Below are positions 28,007-40,982 of a stretch of 64,000 bases of DNA, piece after piece (position 1 is the first letter of the stretch; every line of letters begins with the position of its first letter). Under the pieces are notes generated by a model. That model was not told where the DNA came from and ran no database searches. It saw nothing but the letters and a program-made list of their open reading frames with translations. The stretch lies in NCBI RefSeq assembly GCF_003918875.1, contig NW_025767390.1, positions 682,001-746,000 of the forward strand, written 5' to 3'. The translations under genes were made by a program, and so were the position numbers. Source of the DNA: Haliotis rubra (Eukaryota).

Positions 28007-28548
28007 TCGTATCACGAAATGTTTTGAGGTTAGCAAAAGAACACAGGGCACATGTTTATTGTTTTGCTAGACGCGTTCTATAGCAAGATGTATGTGTGAC
28101 GTATACAGGGTGGGGATTCCATTGTGATGTATCCGTACCACGTGATACTTTATGTCCTACAGTCGATGACTACCTTTAATCATTTGCCATTTGAATCTAT
28201 CCGTGTTGTATTACACTGTTTCGAGATTAATAACTGTTTCGCGAATGAGCTTTACCAGAGCATCACACTAACAACTAAATGTCAAAGGATAAATTCCTAC
28301 TTGCGATCCTATTTTGCCTTTAACTCTGTCACAAAATACCAAACATAGAATTAAAATTCTCGAATTGCCATGCCCACTCTTTCAACAAGAGATGTGTAAT
28401 TGTTGTTATTATATTACATGGTTTCTTATGAGTGATTGCGCAGGTAGGTGAGGTCGTCAATTTCCAGAATTACATATTAGGTCAGACTGTGAATACTAAA
28501 TATCATAAACACGTGTATCCAAAAGCATCGATAATTATTAAAACTGAC

Positions 28549-28707
28549 TGACTGAGTTTGGTTTTACGCCGCTTTTAGCAATATTCCAGCAATATCACGG
28601 CAGGGGACACCAGAAATGGGCTTCACACATTGTACCCATGTGGGGATTCGAACCGGGTCTTCGGCGTGACGAGCCAACGCTTTAACCACTAGACTACCCC
28701 ACCGCCC
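28549..28707 (-). mobile_element. SINE family A, full-length
   Basis: TSD TTATTAAAACTGAC. Confidence 0.92.
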
Positions 28708-29789
28708 TTATTAAAACTGACCAAGCAGTGATACTATGTTGTTCACTCATCACATTCTGGGACATGGGGGCTCAGACGTCCAAAGGTCCGTAATTCGATG
28801 AGAAGAGTTGCTTCCCTTTGCTGTCCAGGATCCTCTCCTCCTCGTTCGAATCCACGATTCATCAGGATTATGTCAATATGTTCTTGTTCGTGGTTGTGGT
28901 CGTGGTTTATTTTTATATGGAAAATATATTGTGCCCGGAAGGTTTAACCAAATAAGTAGATTTCTCGATGGGTAATGAATCTTTATGAAAATATTCTGTG
29001 TCGCACATAAAATCAAAACACAAAATGCGGCTTTAAAGTGATTCTTTAATCTGACTCGGAGATAGCTAAAGTGTTACATTACCAGTCCTGTTTATACAAG
29101 ATCACACAATCATGCATAAACAGGCAACAGAGATGAAAGTAAACATCAGTAAAATATGAAGGTAAACACAATCGTCTCTATATCCAACATGTCAATAACA
29201 TGTAGTTTTATGCGTATCTGATGTCACCATCGATCGGAGTCCATGAAAAACGCGGTAAACTTTACCAACTGTTGCCGAAGATAAAAAACGAAATAAAAAG
29301 CCCAAAATAATCTGTGCATATGTATATATATACACGTTTGTCTCATATATTTTTAACACAAGCACGTCTACGACTACTCTACTTCTTGATATTTGTTACG
29401 GCCATAGTAGGTACATGCTTGTCCAATGAAATTCATTCATTTGATCACGTGATTACGCTTCGTGGACGATTGCGTGCTGCACGTGCAAAAGATGTTATGC
29501 ACCTGTTGAGCTGTAGCCTACTTTGCATTAGATTCAGAACGAGATATCAACTCTAGGCTACCGAATGTGCACAGGTTAACACTCACAAGTGTGTCAAGTA
29601 TACACATACCATTGTAGATCTTCTAGCTGATATTTATAGCAACCATATACATTTTTCTTAAATATTATTTGCTAGAGGGTGTGTCATAAACTGGCTGTAG
29701 TTTGTAATTCTCATTTACAGTGTCAAGTGTACTTAAGTCATGAGAGAGGACAAAAAGTGTAGATTGCTACTATTATCATAGTTGTAACA

Positions 29790-29913
29790 GAAGCAACAAC
29801 AGCAACAACAGCAGCAATAGTAGCAGTAGCAGTAGTAGTAGTTGTAGCAGTAGTAGTAAGATTTACTACTGCTGCTATAGAGTTGTAGCAGAAGAAGTAG
29901 TAGTAGTAGCAGC

Positions 29914-29954
<41 letters not shown>

Positions 29955-30040
29955 TTGTTGTTGCTGTTGTTGTTGTTGTTGTTGTTGTGGCGGTGGCGGT
30001 GGTTGCAGTTTGTTTAACGCCGCACTCAACAATATTTCAG

Positions 30041-30083
<43 letters not shown>

Positions 30084-30092
30084 GGGGGGGGG
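29790..30092. repeat. Compound microsatellite (TAG/CAG/TTG, TG, GA)
   Basis: Direct reading. Confidence 0.9.
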
Positions 30093-30559
30093 ATTGGTGG
30101 TTTTAACGTCTGTATATTTGACACCCGATATTTCATCCAGGATAACTGTTTAACATAGACATTTCTATAGGAAAGTATCTATTCAAACACCATTCGGGGC
30201 ATCAAAAGGACAGGCGATATCATACCTGTACGTGGGCAAACACCACGTTCATAAAGCCCACATACCATGTTGACACGGTTTGTGGGAGCCTTCGGTTCGG
30301 CCCTGGTATACTATCGACTTCTTGGAAGGTTGTTCAGACTCATTGAGGATATTGGGAGATGTTTAATATGCTGATGTTTACAATACCGTGTGAATACTGT
30401 CACTGTAGCTCACCTGAAAGCTTCTCAATCAAGACGAGGTTTCCTTCTATTTTCAATAGACTTGGGTAGGTCTCATTTCAAATAGGTCAATCTTAGGGAG
30501 TTGCTATCTCGTACTGTTTACAATGTTTTTCCATAGGATAGCTCTTGTTTTCAATTGGC

Positions 30560-30962
30560 CAAGAGAAGGGTAAATCATATTTCCAGTAGATCAAAACTAG
30601 GGTAGATCATATTTGCAATAGGCCAAGACTAGGATAGCTCATATTTCCAATAGGCCAAGACTAGGATAGCTCATATTTCCAATAGGCCAAGACTAGGATA
30701 GCTCATATTTCCAATAGGCCAAGACTAGGATAGCTCATATTTCCAATAGGCCAAGACTAGGATAGCTCATATTTCCAATAGGCCAAGATTAGGATAGCTC
30801 ATATTTCTCATATTTCCAATAGGCCAAGACTAGGATGGCTCATATTTCCAATAGGCCAAGACTAGGATAGCTCATATTTCCAATAGGCCGAGACTAGGGT
30901 CGATCACATTTCCAATAGGCCAAGACTAGGATAGCTCATATTTCCAATAGGCCAAGACTAGA
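30560..30962. repeat. 32-bp minisatellite, ~12 units
   Basis: GGCCAAGACTAGGATAGCTCATATTTCCAATA. Confidence 0.95.
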
Positions 30963-31245
30963 CCCCATCTGCCTTCACCACGATGTAGCATGTTGTCAAC
31001 CACTACTCTATTAGTAGAAACCATCCATGGTAGAACTTAAAAAAACGTCAGTGGCATAAACCAGCATTAATTCCAAAAGCCTAAGTATATTGCAAAACAG
31101 ACCAAAACATATATAGCATCAAACAGCGAGTCTGTCTCAACTAGATCAGTGTGTTGTACGTTAAGCAAGATGCAGTTTTTATATATATGTATGAACAGCT
31201 CGTATAGGTAAAATGCTGTATACCATCGAATACATATATAAACAC

Positions 31246-31663
31246 TAGTGTTGGGAATTGGTTAAAATCTCATAATTGATGATTGGTTCATTACCACCGA
31301 TCAATCATCGAAAATAATTGGTTAGCGTCATTTATGAAATTTGTTAATGCACACAAAAATAAGGAAAAAAACATGGTTATTTTGGGGGCGTTTTTGGCAA
31401 AATTTCACATCTTTAAAGGATGACTAGTATGTTAGGAACATAAATTTCTTGGTGTCTTTAAGATGAATTCAATCACGACTTGGAACAAGCTTGTAGTGCT
31501 TATGAAATGTAATAGATAAAACCAACCTTGTGAAAAATATTGTTGATGAAAACAAGTGTTCCAGAATTGTTTGTGTTCGATTATGAGAAATCATGATCGA
31601 TTGCTTGGTCGTTTAGTCACTGCGACCAATCTTCGATTATTTCAATTAATCGGACCACCACTA
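31246..31663. mobile_element. hAT-like MITE
   Basis: TAGTG..CACTA termini; perfect 8-bp TSD ATAAACAC; inverted sister copy at 52454-52891. Confidence 0.88.
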
Positions 31664-32674
31664 ATAAACACCCACACACCCGTGTCAGCGCAGTTGTATC
31701 CATATATGGCTCTCTTAATGGCTATATATCTGTGTAGTAGACGCGCCATATGAATGAAATGCTTCATTGTGTAGACCACGTCCATGCATAGCCGTCTTTA
31801 GAAAGACACCCATTCTCTGATCCGAGCCATCAAGGAGCGATAGTGTGGTCACGGTTCGAGTTGCAGACTTGACAAGTCACCTCTGTACACAATATCACTG
31901 TAACCTCAACGGACGTATAGTTTATATGACTTTGCAAGTTATGCATATTCTATTGCTCTAACGAGCCCGACATTCGAGTTCGTTTACTTCACATTGGTGA
32001 GCCTCGCGTCATTGGTCATACATGTTAGCTCATTGAAGTGAAAACGCCATACGAGTGAATATTTTTGTTTCTATATATTTTTTCATTACTGACATATTTA
32101 ATAAGGTCGGATGCATTACTGTGAAGTACTTATTCACCCATTTTGATTTGTTTTATTTGAACCATATACACATACAATTTCATTTTACTGTACTTTATTT
32201 AATTGTAAGCATTTTCTTGTTTTTTTTCTTGTACCGTACGTTTGTTGAAGAATGTGCGATTTGAATCTATTATCGTTTGTTAAACAACTTTTAGCCTAAG
32301 TTGAATAAAATTCTGAGATATAAATTTTCAATTGGCAACGTAAAATTATGAGGATTTGCAGTCATGATTAATTTCACTTTATTCAATTTAACATAATGTT
32401 TTTATATTTAGAGTGAAATTCATCGGTACGTTTTAACTGCAAACAGACTATAACTTCACTAATGCTCCGTTTTTAAATGTACCAACGGTCAATTGAAAAT
32501 GTAAATATATCCTTCAGCAAATTCCAATGCAATAAAAACCAATAAAATGCTTACAAAATGCAACACAATGAAATTATGAGAAAACTTTAGTAACATCGAT
32601 TGGGATTTCAAGCGGAACTCTATTTTCTCAGAGAAACCATGAAAGATGGTACTGAAACATTCGTTGACTCATAA

Positions 32675-32917
32675 CCCAATGAAGGTCCGGGTTAGAATAT
32701 TGATCTTCAGTAACCCATGCTTGTCGTAATAGGCGACTAACGGGATCGGGTGGTCAGGCTCGCTGGCTTGGTTGACACATGTCATCGGTTCCCAAATGCG
32801 CAGATCGATGCCCATACTGTTGATCACTGGATTGTCTGGTCCAGACTCGATTATTTACAGACCGCTGCAATATAGCTGGAATATTGCTGAGTGCGGCGTA
32901 AAACTACACTCACTCAC
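32675..32917 (+). mobile_element. Family B copy
   Basis: 14-bp TSD TCGTTGACTCATAA. Confidence 0.9.
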
Positions 32918-33157
32918 TCGTTGACTCATAATTCTGTCGCACAGTCTCCACAACCACAGTATTTCTCCCCTCTGCCAAGCCCTACCTGTAATACTAGAGA
33001 CCTAAATGAAGCAAGTCTAGATTTCCTCAGGTTTTGAATCTCCCTTCTCACTGGGTCTCCTTTTCAATTTAATTTTTTTTTATTTGTTTCTATCAAAAGA
33101 CTATATATTCAGACACTAAGCATTAGTTTACAGTCAGCACTTCACCGTTACATTGCA

Positions 33158-33430
33158 CCAAAAGACGTTAAAATATGGTACTTGTTGGTCCCTGCCTAGC
33201 GCTCGGCATTAATGGGTACAACAAGGACTGGTCGGCTCGGAGTCAGTATAATGTGTCTGAGTGGGGTATTCATGCTTCACTGCGGCATGGTATCTCAGTG
33301 AGCTAGCACTATAAAACCAGCTTAAGTCTGGGCTAGTACAAGCAGCCGCACCTACACATACACATGCATGCACGTCGTCATATGAGCGAAATATTCTCCA
33401 GCACGACGTTAAACCCAATTTCACCTCACC
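33158..33430 (+). mobile_element. SINE family C, 5'-truncated
   Basis: 16-bp TSD TCACCGTTACATTGCA; near-identical to the 17936 copy. Confidence 0.9.
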
Positions 33431-33656
33431 TCACCGTTACATTGCATGAGTGAGCGGTTGAGTTTAGTTTTACGCCGCTTTTCACAACATTCCAGCAATA
33501 TCACGGCGGGGGACACCAGAAATGGGCTTCACACATTGTACCCATACATTGCACGAATGTCGGGTCAGCACATTGTAACAAGCTGCGACACTTCCCTGGG
33601 TGACGCTGAAGGTCAGGGAGGGGTGGTGGGAAGGGAGGCTAAGGGGGAAGGGGTCA

Positions 33657-34102
33657 TGTAACCTCGGGGATCATCACCGTGGGTACAGCAACTACCTGCT
33701 CCGTGCTTGGCCATACACTCGTCAGGTAATCGGGGGTCTCAGGCTGATTGTGTTACCGGTCGCAGTGTTTGCCTGTGCATGGGGATCACCCCGAGCTGCT
33801 AGCTTTACCTACAAACTTGTCACCTGAGCGGTAAAGCTGCGTATGTCTATGTACACGCTTTGTAGGCTTTGCCTGTTTATTTATTTACATATTCCCTGTT
33901 TAGATAGCCTATTTTCATATACTTGTCCCCGGTGGATTTTCGGTAGTATACAATCTTGTTGAGTTCGTCTTGTCCTGGTCCCTTGATGTTAACGCTCGCT
34001 GTCAGCTATACTTTACAAGTGTCGGTTAATTGTCATGGGTCATGTGCAACTATGGGAACACTTTGAGTGTTCCTCTCTGGGTCAGAACATGCTTGTGTAA
34101 CA
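33657..34102 (+). mobile_element. Probable 3' LTR with polypurine tract
   Basis: AAGGGGGAAGGGG just before TGTAAC; ends TAACA. Confidence 0.5.
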
Positions 34103-35104
34103 TGGCAAATCATATTTACATACATTTGAAATATTTATCAATTGACTTGACCTTCAAATCGATTCAGATTTTTGCAGTTTAGATTTCGATCGATAGAATT
34201 CGTATTACGTCCATGACAGAATGAATACCATTTGCCTTTTTATATGACTATGTTTGCATATGTATTTTGAATACACTTGTAAGCTTTATACCACTTTCTA
34301 TCAGAATTCCTTACACTATTTTCCACGAAACTAATGATTATGTTTTACTATTTTTAATCAAACAATTAATTGTAATTTTATCGTAATATTGCTTGAGTTC
34401 AAATGATGTCAAAGCTGGTGTAACCAAATCCCTAATTGAATTACAATTTAGAAAACAGACATGTTAAAAATGATTAGATTTATTAAAAATACCTGCATTG
34501 ACAAATTCATGAAGCCTGAAATTACAGACGAAATCCTCAACAGAAGAGTTGAGTTCGAGTGTTCACCTTCTCACAGTGTCAGTGTCTACGCATGAGATGA
34601 CGTGTACGGGACACACACCGATGATATGTTGTGAGGACAATAGTATTGGAGAGTTTGCCTTTTAAGGACACAAGTTGAAGGCTTATTCATTTTCTATGCA
34701 TACATCGTAAAGGTAGCATACACACCTTTGCGCTGTCGGTATGAGGAAGTGTTTTGTGTTGTAATGATTAGAAAAACGCCCTGCGCCAGGTATGTTATTA
34801 ATGACTGTGTGTAGGTTTATACAGTTTTTAGGGCTTACTGGGCAGACTGGGTGTAGACAGGCTGTGTTCATTTCCCTTGAAGATAGTCATCAAACGCTCT
34901 TTCCAATTGCTGGTTAATCACACAATGATTTGTATATTTTAGTACTATATTTAACGTGTCTTGGGTTTTCCCATAGACAAAAACGTCATGTGCTCGTGCA
35001 GGCATTCTAGTCTTTCAGGTAACGTTCGACATCGTCCACTCGAATAACTTATAAACATATAACTTAATAACTACACAAACAAAATACAAAAATATTACTT
35101 AGAT

Positions 35105-36805
35105 CACTAGCTGTTGTCAGCTATAGCATTACATGTAATCAGTTATACTACTACGTGTCAGTTGTTATAGCACTACGTGTCAGTCGTTAAACCACTACGT
35201 GTCAGCTGTTATACCACTACGTGTCAGCTGTTATAGCACTACATGTCAGTCGTTATAGCACTACGTGTCAGTCGTTATAGCACTACGTGTCAGTCGTTAT
35301 AGCACTACGTGTCAGTTGTTATACCACTACGTGTCAGTCGTTATACCACTACGTGTCAGTCGTTATACCACTACGTGTCAGCTGTTATACCACTACGTGT
35401 CAGTCGTTATAGCACTACGTGTCAGTCGTTATACCACTACGTGTCAGTCGTTATACCACTACGTGTCAGCTGTTATAGCACTACATGTCAGTCGTTATAG
35501 CACTACGTGTCAGTCGTTATAGCACTACGTGTCAGTCGTTATAGCACTACGTGTCAGTCGTTATAGCACTACGTGTCAGCTGTTATACACTACGTGTCAG
35601 CTGTTATACCACTACGTGTCAGTCGTTATAGCACTACGTGTCAGTCGTTATAGCACTACGTGTCAGTCGTTATACCACTACGTGTCAGTCGTTATAGCAC
35701 TACGTGTCAGTCGTTATACCACTACGTGTCAGCTGTTATACCACTACGGGTCAGCTGTTATACCACTACGTGTCAGTCGTTATACCACTACGTGTCAATC
35801 GTTATACCACTACGTGTCAATCGTTATACCACTACGTGTCAGCTGTTATACCACTACGTGTCAGCTGTTATACCACTACGTGTCAGCTGTTATAGCACTA
35901 CGTGTCAGTCGTTATGTCACTACGTGAGAGTCGTTATAGCACTACGTGTCAGTCGTTATACCACTACGTGTCAGTCGTTATACCACTACGTGTCAGTCGT
36001 TATACCACTACGTGTCAGCTGTTATACCACTACGTGTCAGCTGTTATACCACTACGTGTCAGTTTATACCACTACGTGTCAGTCGTTATACCACTACGTG
36101 TCAGTCGTTATATACGTGTCAGTCGTTATACCACTACGTGTCAGCTGTTATACCACTACGTGTCAGTCGTTATAGCACTACGTGTCAGTCGTTATACCAC
36201 TACGTGTCAGTCGTTATAGCACTACGTGTCAGTCGTTATATCACTACGTGTCAGTCGTTATAGCACTACGTGTCAGTCGTTATAGAACTACGTGTCAGTC
36301 GTTATAGAACTACGTGTCAGCTGTTATACCACTACGTGTCAGTTGTTATAGAACTACGTGTCGGCTGTTATACCACTACGTGTAAGTCGTTATAGCACTA
36401 CGTGTCAGTCGTCATAGCACTACGTGTCAGTTGTTATAGCACTACGTGTAAGTCGTCATACCACTACGTGTCGGTGGGTATAGCACTACGTGTCAGTCCT
36501 TATACCACTACGTGTCAGCTGTTATACCACTACGTGTCAGTCGTTATAGCACTACGTGTCAGTCGTTATAGCACTACGTGTCTGTCGTTATACCACTACG
36601 TGTCAGCTGTAATACCACTACGTGTCAGTCGTTATAGCACTACGTGTCAGTCGTAATAGCACTACGTGTCAGTCGTTATAGCACTACGTGTCAGTCGTAA
36701 TAGCACTACGTGTCTGTCGTTATACCACTACGTGTCAGCTGTTATACCACTACGTGTCAGTCGTTATAGCACTACGAGTTATGTGTTATATCACCACGTG
36801 TCATC
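35105..36805. repeat. 22-bp minisatellite, ~75 units
   Basis: (C/G)CACTACGTGTCAG(TC/CT)GTTATA. Confidence 0.97.
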
Positions 36806-37077
36806 TTGTGAGAGGACAACCCAAAGTGAGGAGGATGTGGAGGTTCAAAAGGGGAGAAAACGAACAATTGTCAACATATTAAGTAGTCAGGAGCCTACTG
36901 TAGACCGTTATAAATAGTCGTGTATACAATGACCTCACCCTAGTTTTATGTAACAAGGAAACGTAAAGCAGGGGTGTTCATTTCACGTCCTGGAAGGTTA
37001 TTGCGACCCTTGTAGTCATGTAGAGGGTTTAACTTTACATTGCTACTGTGTAACAGGATAAACGTACCACCGTAGAG

Positions 37078-37328
37078 TGAGTGAGTTTAGTTTTACGCCG
37101 CACTCAGCAATATTCACGCTATATGGTGGCGGTCTGTAAATAATCGAGTCTGGACCAGACAATCTAGTGATCAACAGCATGAGCATCGATCTACGCAATT
37201 GAGAACCGATGACATGTGTCAACCATGTCAACCAAGTCAGCGAGCCTGTCCATCCGATCCCGTTAGTCGCCTCTTACGACAAGCATGGGTTACTGAAGAT
37301 CAATATTCTAACCCGGATCTTCACGGGT
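37078..37328 (-). mobile_element. SINE-like family B (~245 bp, no tRNA head, shares 3' tail with family A)
   Basis: 13-bp TSD TACCACCGTAGAG; starts ACCCGTGAAGATCCGGG, ends GCGGCGTAAAACTAAACTCACTCA. Confidence 0.9.
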
Positions 37329-37462
37329 TACCACCGTAGAGCTCTTAACGGCATCTGCACTACTGTGCGTGCCCGTGTGCGTGTGCGTGTGCGTGTGCGT
37401 GTACGTGTGCGTGTGCGGATAAGCTTACGCAATCGTGTTGGTGATCATACTTGCATTTAGAT

Positions 37463-37730
37463 GAAGCAAACTACTGGTCGATATCATGAGCATCAACACA
37501 CGTCATCAATGTACTATGACAAGATTACGTATTCTCCTGTTCGTGTTCATGGTCAAACCTGCACTTAAACCAAGCAAACTACTGGTTAATATCATGAGCA
37601 TCAACACACGTCATCAATGTACTAGGACAAGATTACGTATTCTCCTGTTCGTGTTCATGGTCAAACCTGCACTTAAACCAAGCAAACTACTGGTTAATAT
37701 CATGAGTAATAACACACGTCATCAATGTAC
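37463..37730. repeat. 111-bp tandem duplication (~2.4 units)
   Basis: Repeated AAGCAAACTACTGGT..CACGTCATCAATGTAC. Confidence 0.9.
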
Positions 37731-38107
37731 GGCAATGTTGATTCCCATTCTGTTCAGCTCTTATATACGACAGGCGATCCAATGCAAGAAAACACAGATA
37801 AAACAAATACAACTGTTTGTTAGGTCGTCTTCATTTAGATTAAAATCGAAACCTTTTTGACAAGTATGGGCATCATTGTAGATTATTTGTCCCTGTGATG
37901 ACAGAAAACCAACCCAAAGCATGTATTATATGTTGATAATTATCTAGTGTCAAATAATAGCGTCCAGATCATGCACACCGGTCAATAACAGCATGAGCAT
38001 CCACGTCCCCGCGTTATGATGAACTCTTATATTATTTTTAAATTATACATTTTTGTTAACACCGTTTTTGTTATCATCATCATCATCATCATCACAACCA
38101 TCACCAC

Positions 38108-38238
38108 CTCGCTCGTCACGCTGAAGACCAGGGTTCGATTCCCCACATGGGCACAATGTGTTAAGCTTATTTCTGGTGACCCCCGCCGTGTTATTGCTGG
38201 AATATTGCTAAACGCGGCGTAAAACCATACTCAGTCAG
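38108..38238 (+). mobile_element. SINE family A, 5'-truncated
   Basis: Sequence match. Confidence 0.85.
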
Positions 38239-40982
38239 TATTATTAATCTTGGACACCACTTCGAATTAGAACATATTCAATGCATGTTTGCCTTGCTAT
38301 TACCAAATCGCCAAATTGCACGTTTAGGTTCCGATTTATCAACACCTTCTATATTATCATCATCATCATCATCATCGCAACCATCACCACCACAATGTTC
38401 CTCCTCCTCATTATTATAAGTATTCATCTTCGAAAAAGAATGTATTCAATGAACGTTTGCCTTGCTATTACCAAATCGCAGAATCGCACGTTTAAGATCC
38501 GATGTCCTACAGGCCTTCGGGCATTATTATGTCGAACCGGTCATATTTAGCCCATGGGGGTAATGCTTTACTGGCCGTGGAGCCCCGGGCTTATCGGGCG
38601 AGGGTGATATCATAGTTACATCGCTGCATGCTAATGTAGTGGTACTTGAGTGTATTAAAGTACCACTGATGACAGCAACGCCAGGGTTATCATCCACGCC
38701 ATCAGCACAGTTACCATACAGTCAGACATAAAGTGTTATCTCGATGGTAAAGTCTGAGTACGGTACAGAAACAAACGTTACGTGTCATGACAAAGTCTTT
38801 TAAACATCAAACAAAACTCCTAGAAACGCTGTAAAAACATTTTAATACACCTTGCGTCATTGTCGTATTTTCTTGAGTATGGTACGCAGTCAAGTATTAT
38901 GCGTACCCCCGCCCTCTGTCCTTGGGGGATTTAGTAATTTGTAAAATTCAGGGATTTTTTCGCGTTTTATGGCAAAATACTACATCCTTTCAGGATGTAT
39001 GTTTTCTCCAGAATTTTTTATTGTTATATTTGTTAAAGTTCATTTTCTCCCCAAAATACCCTCTCGATTTATTTATTCGTGTCCTCACGATTTATCGATG
39101 ATTTGGCAAATCGTTGGACTGAACGAGCTGTCGCAAGAACAGCTAGACTAACAACAAGTCTCTGAAATGAACATATTTTACAGAAAAAAAGTTCCTAAAT
39201 TATCAACATAAAATATAATGAAAAGGAGACCAGAGACTTTCTTCTTTTCTTGAAACTGTGGAAATCTAGACTTGTCACAGATTCTAGACTTGCATGGATT
39301 CTCTTGGATATATTTGTTTCAGGGTCTGTATGACAGACTAAGTAACAGCATACTTTCTACAGTAACACATGTTAGGTCTGTATATTAAAATAACTGGAAG
39401 TATTCTAATTGTTGAATACCAAGAACTGCATGAAATATTGGGCTGATGACAAAAAGCCAAGTATGCTTAATCACTGATCCGACATTTAAATGAATATTCT
39501 CCAGGGTCAAGATATACAATAAGCTTTCTGTATACTCATATACCTATGGGTTTGATGAACTCAAATTGTCTTAAACTGTTTTAAATCTTAGGAAATATAT
39601 ATATATTGCTTTTAAACTTTATGGTACACAACGCAAATAACTGTAATAGTAGTAAAAGGTTATATTTATTAATGTGCTTTGTACATATATATCAGTATGC
39701 ATATCTATTCAATTTTGGGACAAGTGTTTATATGATGCTTTTGTAAAACATGTTTGTTTATTTTACAACTTTAATGTCCTATGGGCCTGTGGCCTCAGGC
39801 GTAAAGCTACGTATGACTTTGATAATGGAAAAGCAGATACAGCACATTACTTTATTAATGCAGACATGTACCATCCATTAAGAATAACAGTCATGTTAAT
39901 TTCAACAAAGAAATGTGCTTAAGCCGTTCGGCAGTTACAGCAAATATTTGCCCATAGTCATTGAAGGTAATGTTATGTACTTCTGAAATTGACACATAAT
40001 GATAATGATTGATCGCTTGTCAGACTGACGTGAGTTATACACGTAATTGACAGCTGGCTGGGAGAGCAATGAGCACGGATAGTGTAACGTTGTGACGTTT
40101 TGTCAGGTACGGGATCTACCTGTACAGGTGACACTGGCTGACCAACATCTGAAGGACGTAACTGGACACTTGACCTAGAGGCGTGACGATGAATATACTT
40201 ATGTCTATTGTTCGGCATTATTGTAGAAACAATAGGTAACTGTGACGAAGAACGCCATTGTTGAAATGTACAACGTATGGCTGGATGATCAAAGACTTGT
40301 AATTTATGGGGCTTATTTATAATGTACTGGAGGGAAAACAATATGATGGGGCAAAACTATGACATGAAGATAAAATTAGCATATGTTTAAATTTAATGTT
40401 TTTGGACATCATGTGAATATTGTTCTAGAAAATTTAGTTAACTTGCGGGCAAAGTAAAGTTTTCATCAATGTTTAAAGGTGTCAAACCTGACGTTTTGAA
40501 AACTGTGTGTGCGTGCGTGTGTGTGTAGGGGAGTGCAGTCAACTTCTGCATTGCAATGAGTGAAATATCCATAGAACTTGGTTCTAAAATGCCTCCCAAA
40601 CAAATTTTGATAACGCTTGTGTTTTAGTGTTTTGAGTGTTTGGTCATTTTCCGGGGGTAAATTCATTATGGAAGATTCTGTTCTAACCACGAAGGATTAC
40701 AGACTGGAATATTAACCCATGGCCACCTCCGACCCACCTTCACATCGGTGTTCGCAGTGTTTGACTTGGTTTATTGTGTATTTCATACATAATTGCTCCT
40801 TATGTCAACCATTCGTTTGCCAGGTAACGACTCAGTTATTAACAGTCGTGATAGATACGGAATAACGCTGACTGCTGCGATAGATAACACTCCCTCACTA
40901 TTCCGGTTAAATGCTGTGTCCGATACTTATCACTTTGCACGTTATCAACATGTAATGCTGCACCGTAAGACATAGATGTTGT

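Noticed and set aside
28830-28868. Hammerhead-like CTGATGA on the minus strand (also CTGATGA at ~234 and CTGACGA at ~6919)
   Set aside because: No correctly placed GAAA or closing stems.
35265-36917. Cluster of overlapping ORFs (VSVVIPLRVSRYTTTCQ...)
   Set aside because: Translations of the 22-bp minisatellite.
37486-37860. 124-aa ORF with a 37-aa repeat
   Set aside because: Product of a 111-bp tandem duplication; no splice or homology support.
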